From Antedon mediterranea (Eukaryota; Animalia; Echinodermata), in the NCBI RefSeq assembly GCF_964355755.1, contig NC_092677.1:26771175-26835174 (forward strand): a stretch of DNA of 64,000 bases, given 5' to 3'. Below, piece after piece: positions 51,001 to 62,286 of the stretch (position 1 is its first letter; each line of letters opens with the position of its first letter). The position numbers and the translations under genes are program-made. The notes beneath the pieces are model-generated. The model searched no databases. It saw only the letters and a program-made list of their open reading frames with translations, and was not told the origin of the DNA.

Positions 51001-51937
51001 ATTTATAATGCTGATAATTATTACATCGTTGTAGGTGTTTTGTTTTCTTATATTGTTCTTCTTCCCTCTGTTAACAAGATATCACAAAAAGATACTGTGG
51101 TATGGATATTTTAGGTCTATCTAAAATACTGATATCAATTTCCATTAACTTTCCAGAACCGTACAGCCTCAGGGAAAAATATTTTTCTTGGGTACTAATA
51201 ATATTATTTGTGAGTTAATGTATGCAAAACAAACTTAAGTCAGCATATTATTTACTACTTACTGTCATTGATCGTAATTAAAAAGACTTTGTGAATAAAC
51301 TTAGATTCCTTTATAATGTTAAGAATCTCTTCATCATCATCCGAATCATCACCAGCAATGAACTCCTCACCAACATCTTGCGATTCTAAATTAGTTTTCA
51401 GTGCTGCAAATGGGTTCATCATGTTCGACATTCCCTCATCTTCTAGCTCTGAAAATTAAATCAATATAGGCCTAACGTTTAAAATAATAACAATAACATT
51501 TATTTCCACAAATAATAATAGCAAAATACAGAGTAAAATAATAAATATAGGCCTAGGTAGGCCTAGCTAGGCTACAACTACAACCGATAATAATAGGCCT
51601 AAATAATGAACATAATAATAAATACAGAAGCCTAATTATATTACGACCATAGCTAGCTTAGGCCTGGCTACTAAGCACGCTAGGCAGACCCTCTCTGGCC
51701 TAGCCCTCTATCTATTCTAGCTTGTCCTAGATCTCTTCTGCTGGCTGTTCGGCATAGCGAGGCGTAGGCCTCTAGGACCTGGTCCTAGCTAGGCCTAGCC
51801 TACCACCTATTAGGCTAGGCTAGGCTAGGCCTAGTTTTAGGACCTCATATAATATGGCTAAAAAAGTCCACCAGAACTAGGCTAATCTATGCTTAACTAA
51901 GCTCCATTAATATACCTGATAAACTACTCCTATCCAT
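36017..51937 (-). CDS. UBE4A: Ubiquitin conjugation factor E4 A (U-box E3/E4 ligase), about 1036 aa
   Basis: 17 phase-consistent exons: 51937-51916, 51448-51263, 50944-50823, 50287-50123, 49784-49652, 46141-45942, 45547-45356, 44843-44726, 44387-44190, 43524-43261, 42840-42423, 42122-41930, 39870-39757, 39235-39061, 38644-38316, 37064-36907, 36140-36017. Motifs [52 protein letters not shown] and U-box [18 protein letters not shown]...DPFNRKPL. The first micro-exon is the least certain. Confidence 0.93.
36685..36783. repeat. AAAAGGAGTGA-type short tandem repeat
   Basis: About 8 copies of GGAGTGA with variable A runs in the last coding intron of UBE4A. Confidence 0.9.
37510..37760. repeat. 65-68-bp tandem repeat x about 3.6 derived from the PLE-relic tail
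   Basis: ATGACAATGC..GTGGGTATCAGTGGCTGGATC..AATGGAGATACAAA is the reverse complement of about 32155-32208. Confidence 0.8.
39846..41470. repeat. 63-bp minisatellite x26 spanning the UBE4A exon-13 acceptor
   Basis: Unit TCAGCATTGACTCAGCAGACAGGTCCTGTAAGTTAACAATGTTGAATTAATTCAATTTAACAT; 26 copies counted, three distal units shortened to 56 bp. Confidence 0.97.
42855..43190 (-). mobile_element. tRNA-derived SINE with conserved central domain
   Basis: Minus strand begins GAGTGGCCGAGCGGTTAAGA (A-box-like); central GGGTTCTTT..GTGCA..GGACCTACGGTTTA block; (TAAA)n tail. Confidence 0.6.
43808..43965. mobile_element. MITE family E
   Basis: 20-bp TIR AATAAGGTTTATCGCAAATA / TATTTGCGATAAACCTTATT; related copy at about 16970-17125. 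Confidence 0.75.
46354..46512 (+). mobile_element. tRNA-derived SINE (three copies in window)
   Basis: A-box TAGCTTGGTG, B-box GGTTCAATCC and a shared body CTCTTTCAACTCCAC..CCTCAAATGAGACTT; also at 44998-45150 (+) and 54712-54812 (-). Confidence 0.8.
46632..49608. mobile_element. Foldback-like structure with about 600-bp imperfect modular inverted arms
   Basis: TTAGTCCAGTCCCTAAGGGG...CCCCTTAGGGACTGGACTAA termini; 46725-46785 is nearly exactly inverted at about 49440-49510; arms contain about 140-bp subrepeats rich in TGACCTTTGACC. Confidence 0.65.
47640..48270 (+). mobile_element. Decayed non-LTR (RTE-like) reverse transcriptase fragment
   Basis: Frameshifted motifs [13 protein letters not shown] (about 47860-47900), DYQKAFDSI (48081), VRQGDT (48193) and LEEVF. 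Confidence 0.7.
50267..50440. repeat. About 37-bp tandem repeat x5 spanning the UBE4A exon-4 acceptor
   Basis: CATTAGCCTT(T/C)CAAATA starts at 50267, 50304, 50343, 50380 and 50417; the first copy is exonic. Confidence 0.85.
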
Positions 51938-52147
51938 AACACATCAATTTTATTAAAGCCTTGATTTATCTTCTTTATTTGGTAGAAAATAAAATGTATT
52001 TTATTGAGTATTGCAAAATATAAATATCGTCTGCATCATGTCATTCAGTGCTCTGAACTTGAGGGCGGTGTCACTTCAGAGTTTTTTTTAAAAAACAACA
52101 CGTGGGGAGAGACAGGGTTGGTTGTAGCCTAACTAAGTTGTGAAAGT
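51938..52147. promoter_or_regulatory. Bidirectional promoter shared by UBE4A and RRP1
   Basis: Divergent ATGs only 210 bp apart; GC box GGGCGG at about 52063 and E-box CACGTG at 52099-52104. Confidence 0.7.
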
Positions 52148-55100
52148 ATGTCTTTACCCAAAGTAACTGTAGAAGTGCATTTTGCCCAGAGATTGGCTAG
52201 TAATGAAAAACCAACAAGAGACAAAACTATCAAGAAACTTCGGTTATGGATGACAGTTCGATCTAAGAGTGGAAAGCGTATGTAAACCGTATTTATCTGG
52301 AGAGTAGGCTAGGCCTTAGCTAGCTAGGCCTAGGGCCTAGGCTGCTTGACTAACTTTCCGTTGTATGGCTGGACTCTGGGAAAGCCCTGAATACGCGGAA
52401 GATTGGGTAATGATGTAGAACAGTGTAGTAGGCTAGGCCTAGTGGATAAGCTGGCACACTGCAATTCATTATTCCATTATTTATATCATTATCGAATATA
52501 AACCAATCTTTGTAAATTTGTTTAAATTGATTTTTTTTAATGCAGACTTACTAGCGACAGACACTAACAGTAGATTAATTTACGCCTGATTTTTCTATTT
52601 TTTTACGCAGGCCGTGCATGGAGGTATCTATTTTTATACCTCCATGGATGGGCCGTGTGCGTCCCATGCCCATCCATCCATACCAAAAATTACAAGTTGG
52701 TGTAAAGAAGGCTAACGGCACTACTGTTGACATGTGTCAACAAATTAATTGTTTTCTATTGGACGGCTGACCATATCGATGGCCAACTGCAAATTGATTA
52801 AATAGCCAAAGCTTAATTTGTATTATAAATAAATGGTTTTTTTTCTGCAGATGCATTCAATGAAGAAGACTTTCTAAAATTATGGAAGGGACTATTTTAC
52901 TGCATGTGGATGTGTGATAAGGCTGTAGTACAAGAAGAGTTAGCAGATAACATTGCGAAGCTTGTACATAAACTACATACAACAGATTCAGGTATTTTGA
53001 ATAAATGCACACCCTCCACAAAAATTAAGCTCTTTATGATGAGAGACCTAACCACGAAGAATCCAATTTTTTGTATCTATATATGGTTTAATCTGTGAAA
53101 ACATTTTTAATTGATTTGTGTTGTACCAATTTTTGTTTAAAATTAGCTTACATTGGCCATTGTATACACCTGTTTTTAAGTAAACACTATAAATAAATGA
53201 AAATATTATCATTACAGCACTGATGTTTTTTAAGACATTTCTAAAAACCATGGAGAGAGAGTGGCATGGAATTGATCGACTTAGAATGGATAAATATTAC
53301 ATGGTAGGTTAAATATTTACTTTGGTAAACAATTATTATTTTACTTGATTTTGTTTTACTGTGATCTCAACACAAATTATAAGATGCCTGCCTCAATACA
53401 GCTGGTTAAATCGTTGAAGAATATGCTTTTACAATAAGTCTAGTTCGGTTTAATCCAAAACTGTGTTGAGGTAGATTGCGAGGAAACACGCCCCTGTAAG
53501 CGCACAATTGGCATACCTGGTTAGATCATCGTAAATTGATACCTCCCTATTTTTTCAGTTTATCAGACGTTTGTTCCGTGAGCAACTAGAGTTTGTGAAA
53601 CAGAACCACTGGGACAAAGAACACATAGAAGCCTTTTTGGACGTCTTGAAACAGGGTCTTTTGAATCCAACTAGCCCTACAAAGGCACTGGGCCTACTCC
53701 ATCACATATCAGACATCTATTTGGAGGAACTTACAGGTGTCGGTGCCTCTCAGGTATGTAAAGCATTGTTAATGTTGAAATATCGTGTAATGTACAAATA
53801 CAAAAATATGAAATGAAAATACACCAAAAATATAAATAAGGAATCACCATCTTAAAAAGTATGGCTTGTATTGTTTAAAAAAATAATGTACTGTCAGTGT
53901 TTATGGCTATTAGTTTGTATATTTATCAAATATTAAACATTAATCTCTGTCTGCACTATCAAATTTTATGTGACAATAAAATGATGTGCCCATATATGGA
54001 AATGATGATGTCATATCACTACCATATTTGGTCAAACTAGTTTGATTGTGTAGACAGAGATTTAGATTATATTATTTTGTATCCATTTATTTACTCTAAT
54101 AGTTGTCTCCACAAGAAACTCTGATGTTCATTGATCCATTCTGTATTCTGGTTGCCAAGACAAGAAAGTAATTTAAGTATTGAACTTATTTGACAAGTTT
54201 CCTAGTTAGTACTTTGTCTTTGCATCGATGTCTTATTCATCTGGTCGAATACTGTAGCATTAACTTTTAGTATAGATTTATAAGAACTGTAACGTGAAAC
54301 CCCTCTTTTGGGACATCCCTATTAAGGTCACCCTATTTAAGAACAATAAAAAGTTGCAATATAGACACTATGGTCAACCCCTATACAGAGGGCACCCCAG
54401 TTAATAAGACATTTTGTTGCGTTCCTGAAGTCAACCATTTTTTGTATGTCTAGTCTAGTAGAACATAAATTAAAGATGCTTTGTGAATGTCAATGCTTTT
54501 ATCTGAATTTAGTAAATCCTTGATGAAAACACTACTTCGTGAAATCTTTGAGGATATCGTAGTTCACTCAACAGTTGGAATGGAAGAGGTGCTGGAAGAA
54601 GAAAAAAGGTTGGCAAAGGAACAAAAGGAAGAAGATGGGGAGGAAGAGAGTGAAGAAGAAGAAGACCCAAGGCTGCCGGTAAGGAACAATTTATATCGAA
54701 TATATATTGTCAAGTCTCATTGGAGAGTGGAGTTGAAAGAAAGAGTTACAACCCTGCACTAGGTCAGGATTGAACCCTGGACCTTGGGAGGCAAGCACGC
54801 TACAGCTCCACTATTGTCCTTAATTGTTGTTTTTTAGTTTGATTATAGTGCTATTGGAGATCGTTTATTTATGTTGGGAAGCCAGAAAGAAACACCGGGT
54901 TTGAACAGAAAGAAGATGTATCATATGGCACAACAGTAAGATTTTAATTTAATTATCAAACTTTATGTGATGTGGCCAAATATGGTATTGATATGACATC
55001 ATCGTGGCCATATATGGCTATACATTTATAATTAAAAATATTTGATTTAAATGTAGGTTTCAAGATCTTGCCAAAGGTATTTACCCTATACCAGATCTAG

Positions 55101-56446
55101 AGGAATTGGCGCAGATATCTTCAGAGGATGAAATTGAAGACGATGTCAAATTAAAGCACAAAAGGAAACAAAAGAAACGGATGCTAGAAGCAAAGATGAT
55201 AAAAGAAAAGAAAGCAGAGAATGGAGGGATGAATGGCATTAAAGAAAATAAAGAAGAAAATGCAAATGATGATTTAAATGTGAAAAAGAGAAAGAAAAAA
55301 CGAGAAAAGGTGTTGGAGATTGAAGAAAACAACTCAACAGAAACAGATGTCGCAATAATGGGCAAACTATCCCAAAAAATCAAGTTAAAAAAGAAAGCAA
55401 AGGTGAAAAAAGTTGAAGATGACAGTAAAGTTGAAATTGTAGACATGCAGGAAGAAAGTACAAAAGTAAAGAAAAAGAAGAAAAAAATGAAGCAAGACGA
55501 CCAGATAGTTCCAGAATCTCAAGAAAGTTTGGAAGATAAAAAGGTCATTAAAAGGTCAAAAGGAGCTAAACGGAAATGTCAACAAGTGGAAGAGCCATTT
55601 GCAGCATTCCAGGCCGTGTCTACACCCCCTGCAATTGTTTTAAAGAAGTTGGTTGCACCAGGAACAGAAATAAAAAAACAAAAGGTTTACATTTTTAGAG
55701 TATTTATTTTATTTAGCTGATAATGCCCATTGTTTTTATTTCAGAACATCCATAAACATAAACTTTTTGGCTACAGATTCTACTATTACATCAACCATAG
55801 GTATTGATGCCATTTTGCCCGAGAGAACAACTCGTGTGGTACCGAGTCCAATTTGAATTCGGTGTGTGATTAGAAGGAACCCATTAAGGAACCATCAAGT
55901 TTTTAAGATTATGGTGATCAGCAATGACAAAATGTTTAATTTTGTGTACCAATAAATATTTGTTGTTTTTGTCAGGTTTGTAGGTTGACAGGGTCGGCGC
56001 CTCCCACGTTCAAGAAGCACGTCAAAATCACACTCTCAAAGAACACAAATCATAGTAAGTAGTTAAAGCACTACAGGATATAAAACATTGATATACAGTA
56101 CAATTATATAAGGTGAAAGAAGATGGATAGGTTGATATGAACACTGGGTATGGTGCGCTACCAAGGACAAATATTAGGTGGACAGCACAAACATGTATGA
56201 TCTAATTTGTTAAATACTTCTTTTGCAGAACAATCCGACTATAAGAAACAAGTGAAATGCAGCCCGGGTATACCATTTGATAGTACTAAAAAACCATCAC
56301 ATTCTGCTCTAAAGAGCACGCCAACACCAGTCAAACGGACCAAGAGCACGCCAACACCAGTCAAACGGACCAAGACCACAATACCGGCAACCAAACTGTC
56401 AATCAAGAAGAAGAATCGTCGAAGCAGTGCTGCAGATTTCTTCTGA
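52148..56446 (+). CDS. RRP1: Ribosomal RNA processing protein 1 (Nop52/RRP1B-like), about 601 aa
   Basis: Exons 52148-52277, 52851-52991, 53218-53303, 53559-53753, 54103-54167, 54513-54678, 54838-54935, 55057-55684, 55976-56054, 56229-56446. [38 protein letters not shown], Lys/Glu-rich tail and C-terminal RSSAADFF. Confidence 0.92.
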
Positions 56447-57461
56447 AAGACACAATGTTATTGATTTTTAATTGCACGTTTTATAAAGGCTTATTTCAAA
56501 CAAATTGGCAACATATAAAGCCTTGTCTACACTTGTTCGATTAAAAACAATTGGGACGTGCCCAAATATGGTAGTGATATGACATGTCCATATATGGACA
56601 CATCACATAATGTGTGATAGTGTAGACAAGAGTTTAATGTTGATTGTTTTTTACACAAATAACGTCATCATGATCATGATTTCATTAAATGATTCTATAT
56701 CATGTCTAATTTGTTTTCTTAGAAATTTTATGTAAATTTTAATAAAAGATTTAAAACATTGTATACTTGTAAATTGTTCTGCTTCAACCATATAATACTA
56801 CTTTCAACATCTGGTCACCTAGCACCTCAAATTATTTCTGGAAGATGCACCAAGTTCTTTGCACACGACGAACAACTTTCCTTATTGGACCAATAAAGAG
56901 TCTGTATTTTACAGTTTACACGGGACCAATAGAGATTCTGCATTTGTACACTGGACCAATAGAGATTCTGCATTTGTACACTGGACCTCCAGTCATGTTT
57001 CAATACTACACATTTGCAATGATTTTATTCACTTAATTTTACAAAACAAAAAAGACAAACGGCAATATTTTCACTAAAATCACAAACTACTTTATTACAC
57101 ACTAGTATAGACAATTTGTCAAGGAATAAAAACTGCCTCTTTACGAAGATTGCATTAGTACAAGCAAAACTTAAACCCCTTATCTAAATGGTATTCAAAT
57201 ATATGTGATATATATAAACATTGGGCTAATGAAGTTGATGTTTTTAACTTGTTTTTAAAAGAAGTTGTCCTACTACCAGAGGTATAACTGGGGCTAAAGG
57301 TATTTTACATAAGGGAACAACACAAATGATGAAATGAGTAGCCCTGCAATACAGGACTTGCATTATAGGTACGGCCGGCCTTGACAGCATATATGAAAAT
57401 ACATAACACTCTTCATCTCGTTTAACCACCATCATTCAGCTATGAAGCTTTATGTACAAGT

Positions 57462-57869
57462 TAGGGGCGATTGCACTACGCAACAGAGATCAATATATGC
57501 GCATGCCCACAACCTAAATTGCTTTACTGCACATGTGCGCATGCCCACAACCTAAATTGCTTTACTGCACATGTGCGCGGTGTTCCAGTCCACTTGGCTG
57601 CCTTCCGATTGAAACAAGACAATGTTGTACTTAATCACTGCATGTTATTACAGTAGAACTTCTCATTTGGAAGGGACACTCCTATTAAGGGCACACTTTT
57701 CCATGAAATAAAGAATGCCCAATATGTTTTAACACCAAGGCCTGCCCAATTAATAACTGGACACCCAAAGGTTTCCCTTGAATAGTGGTTATACTGTAAG
57801 CACATGTGCAGTAACATTTTTCATAATGTTCATTTCGTAGTCAATGCGCTGCGTAGTGCAACGTCCCTA
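57462..57869. mobile_element. TIR element with a nested pogo/Tc1-type MITE
   Basis: Outer TIR TAGGGGCGATTGCACTACGCA / TGCGTAGTGCAACGTCCCTA; inner TA|CAGTAGAAC...TATACTG|TA at about 57650-57796. Confidence 0.65.
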
Positions 57870-59319
57870 TCCAAGGATAACGTTTCCCATAATCTGGCCA
57901 AGCTGTATTTTTTTTATATCATTGCATGTTTTTTTTTCTCATCAATGTCAAATATATAAAATCCACTTCAAAAATCTCCAGTAAAAACGGTGGCACATGA
58001 ATGGTGCTGAGGTCTGTACACACTATAGATAATTGTCCAATTTATTCCTAAGTTGATCAAACTAAATTTTCCCAATTTACACAGAACTGCAAAAATGAAC
58101 GCGCAACACGATAAGAAAAATTGCCTCGATGACTTAATAGATATTTTGGTCAGCATTTTGAGATGAAACGACTACTGATATAACAAATGAAAATATACAA
58201 AAGAAACAATCATAAATTGTTATATCAATGCTTGGCTGTGAACAAAGTAAAGCCAACAAAATAAAATAAAGACTTATCAAACAATTATAACAATGTTATG
58301 GATTTACACAACCATTACATCATACCTATCAAGGGAATTCCCCATCACTGAGTATGATTAATGACATCATTATAGAAAATCTACTCACATGCAAAATGAC
58401 CATGTAACATAATGGCCATAATACAATCAATGACCACATAAGAATAACTACAATGACCAAATAAGGTTATTGACCAAATAAGGTAATTACCCTATATGGT
58501 CAATGACCATATAAGGCAATGACCATATAAGAGTAATAACCATATAAGGCAATGACCATATAAGAGTAATAACCATATAAGGATATTATTACACCATTAT
58601 ATAAAAGTTGCAATGAACAAGCTATTAAGATCCAACACTGTAAAAGGGTAAAAATACTCAAAAAATTAGCTTCTAAATTTATCTAAACCTTGTCTTAAAT
58701 TCAGTATGAAGCATAAGAGGGAAAAATAATCACATAAATGCATCGACAGCTTTGGTATTTAGTAATTTAAATATCTAATTAATAACTAAGCTTTAATTTC
58801 CTTTTTTTTCAATATTACTATATTTTTTTCTGGTTTGAAATAAGAATATATTTACCTTAAAACCAAACTATCCTACATACTTTTACATGGATAATAGGAG
58901 TTATATAATGTAGTGATTAAGATATCTTGATATCTGTATTCAAAGTGAAATCCCTCGTCTGCCGAGTTCCTCGAAGGCTCCCTCGTCTGCCGAGTTCCTC
59001 GAAGGCTCCCGATATCTAATAGTTTATTGGTACAATACAGAATGTAGATTTTAACTAATCACACAAATTTCAACCAATTTTGAATTGATATATTCGACAC
59101 AAATTACTTTATTGTGAAAATATCTAAAAAGCCTGCTGGCTCAGAATATGTACATGTTAATACATTTGATGTAATAAACTAAATTTCAATATCTCAAATG
59201 CTTGGGTACACCACCTGGATACGGACACCTGGGTACTACCTTGGATTAGAGGTAAAATATCCAATTCAACAACTTCGCAGCACGCTTCCGTAACATTTTT
59301 CTATTATCCTGCCGAATTA

Positions 59320-59680
59320 TCTCAACATAGAGGTACGTACCTCAAATTATCTAAACATATCACGGTATACCCCAATGAATCTCAACATATCACGGTATAC
59401 CCCAATGAATCTCAACATATGGGTATACCCCAATGAATCTCAACATATGGGTATACCCCAATGAATCTCAACATAGAGGTATGCCTCAATGAATCTCAAC
59501 ATAGAGGTATACCTCAATTTGTCAACATAGAGGTATACCTCAATGAATCTCAACATAGAGTATACCTCGATGAGTCTCAACATAGAGGTATACCTCAATG
59601 AATCTCAACATAGAGTATACCTCGATGAATCTCAACATAGAGGTATACCTCAATTTATGTCAGCATAGAGGGATACCTTG
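59320..59680. repeat. About 28-bp palindrome-containing minisatellite x13
   Basis: AATGAATCTCAACATA followed by GAGGTATACCTC variants. Confidence 0.9.
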
Positions 59681-60366
59681 ATCTATCTTTAATCCACGGC
59701 CATGTATCTTATAGTATTATATAACATCTATGAATCAACACATCTTTTTATTTCTTGCACATCACATTAATTATGTTTATACAAAAAGAACAAAAAAAAC
59801 ATTATACACCTCAAATTAATCTAGATGTCATACATAATCCGCAGCAAAACATTGTACACTAATATTCAACGTTAAATTAAAAAAAGCTTTTGAAATAATT
59901 AACAACAAACTCGTGAACTTTGAACTCCTAAAAACTTGGCACTCTTATCTTAATATACAATTTCACTAATCACTTTTTATAGAGATATTTTTTTCCTCTA
60001 ATTTTACAATACTTTTCTGTCGCGTAATAATTAATTTACACTCCCTAAAAAAACAAACTATACAGTTTATGACATATAGATCGTTTCATAAACATGATAC
60101 GGTTGGCGAGAATAATATACGGGGAGAAATCACAGGATGACGCGTGATTGGTTGAATTATAAGTGTTACTATGGAAATTGTCCAACCAAGATGATACTGT
60201 ATATAGAAAAAGACTACTAATTTATATCTTCATTGGATGTGACGAAAATATGCAATTATCTCAGTTTAAAATTGAAAATTGATTGACACAGATTAATAAT
60301 CTTGAAAATGATTCTCTAATCAGAAATACTGGTTGTAGACGACACATCGCCCTTTTCGTTATGCTA

Positions 60367-62286
60367 TCAATGAAAGTCGTGAAATTCCTTTTCTTCCTGA
60401 GCAAGCTCACTGTAAAGATACAAAATATAAACATTTATATTACTCAAAACAATTGAAGTCTAACTTTAATAATCTTGTGATAACTTTTATAATCTCGTGC
60501 TAACTTTAATAATCTCGTGCTAACTTTAATAAGCTTGTGCTAACTTTAATAAGCTCATGGATCATGTCAAAGTTATGCTACTCCAGTTACTTCAGTAGCT
60601 ACGATTTCTTACTGCAATAATGCATGATAATTTGACTCAATAAACAGTGTGTATGATTAACAAAAAAAAGGCTTGATAATAATGCATGAACAGGTTAAAG
60701 GTCATGGTCCCTTTCTTGTTCTAACAAAATCAATAATTTAAAAATTAAAAAAAAATAAATTAATAAAGGGAAACTAGAAAAGGAGGTAGAATTAAAACCT
60801 CGACCTTTGGAAGTTGTAAGCTCTCAACATTTGCGAATATGGAACAAGTATTGTAACAGAAGAAAGATGAGTGACATGCTATGTTTAAATTGTTAAATTG
60901 TAGACAGGTGTAGATTTTAAAAAGTTGATTGAAACATGAAACAAACTACTTTGAGGAAAAAGTGTGATTTGCCCAAATATGGTAGTAATATGACATCATG
61001 TCCAAGGTCTGTCTACACTTTATGTGACAAAAAAATGTTACGTGCCCATATATGGACATGATGATGTCATCTCTACCATATTTGGACACATCACACTTTT
61101 TTGTCAAACTAGTGTTAAAAGAGCTTAAGAGAAATAATTACAAAGTTCTCTAATTTAATTTAATTGGTGTGCATTTTGCAAAACAAAATACCCCAAACAA
61201 TCTGGGGGAGGAGGTGGAGAATGGAAAGAGCTATGTTACAAAAAGAAATATGAATATCACATGTAAACAAATTAATAGTAAACAATAAAATCAAAAACCC
61301 TGACAATCAAAGTACCCCAACCTCTTTACTTTTATTTGTTTAAAATCTACATTGAGTATAAATGAGCTAGGTTTGCTCAAACAAAAACCTGAGCGTCTAA
61401 CTACAAATTTGTGAATCTTAAAACAAAAACTAAACTTTGAACGAATAAGACCAAGGTGCGTGAGACAAAAACAAAAAGTATTAACCATTGTGATAAACAA
61501 AATCATTGATAATATTAACCGTATAATCGGGATAAACAATGGGAGACGAAAACCAAAACTATATAAAATCATGATCACAATCAATTTCTATATGTACAGA
61601 AGACAAAACATCACAAACAAATATCCATCGTAACAAAACATTAAATCAACTTTCTACTAACAGTTTGTATTCAAACCAAACAAAAGGTGTTCCTCTCTAT
61701 ACATACATGATTATTTATAATAGAACTCAGAATTTAATAGGTACAACAAATATATGTGCAAAAACAATACAAAAACTGCTTCGACTATTTTCCTATCAGT
61801 ACTTTACCCATGCCCCTAAAAAAATGAAAAACCTAAAGTATGTTAACACCACCAAGCATAGCACATGCTCTCCGAATATAAAATATTCTGATATAGCCTT
61901 TACTAAATAAAATAGAAAAGTGAAAATATAGTGAATAGAGAAAAGGATAAACAGATAGGATGGAGTAGACAGCACAACACATACAACAAGTGGAAGCAAT
62001 ACATGATTTCAGATTTTTTGTACAATAATGAAAATAACCCCTTTTCAACATTTTTCAAATATAATTATATTTTGAACGGGTATATGGAAATATTACTCAA
62101 CTATTTATGTAGGAAAAAAATTATTTTGTCGAAAATAATTTTTTACCCAAACAAACAGCGTACAATTAAACAGTTATACAGGATTGTAACAATACCAATG
62201 ACTCGCAGCGGGTCATGTTAAGAACGAAATTTTAAAAAATCAACTCACAGTGAGAAATTATTTACTCCGCTGGTTCTTGATTACTT
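60367..62286 (-). CDS. Possible terminal exons of an unidentified gene entering from the right
   Basis: Pyrimidine-rich CAG acceptor at 60410-60411 opening ELAQEEKEFHDFH*; a 38-nt AG/GTGAGT-bounded segment at 62286-62249; minus-strand AATAAA at about 57091. No homology recognised. Confidence 0.3.

Noticed and set aside
53388-53474. Hairpin in RRP1 intron 3 as a snoRNA or pre-miRNA
   Set aside because: No convincing C/D or H/ACA boxes; more simply a small inverted-repeat element.
55081-55446. Antisense and overlapping ORFs (also 2927-3175, 4055-4363, 7972-8190, 10251-10457)
   Set aside because: Shadows of real coding exons on the opposite strand with no independent motifs.
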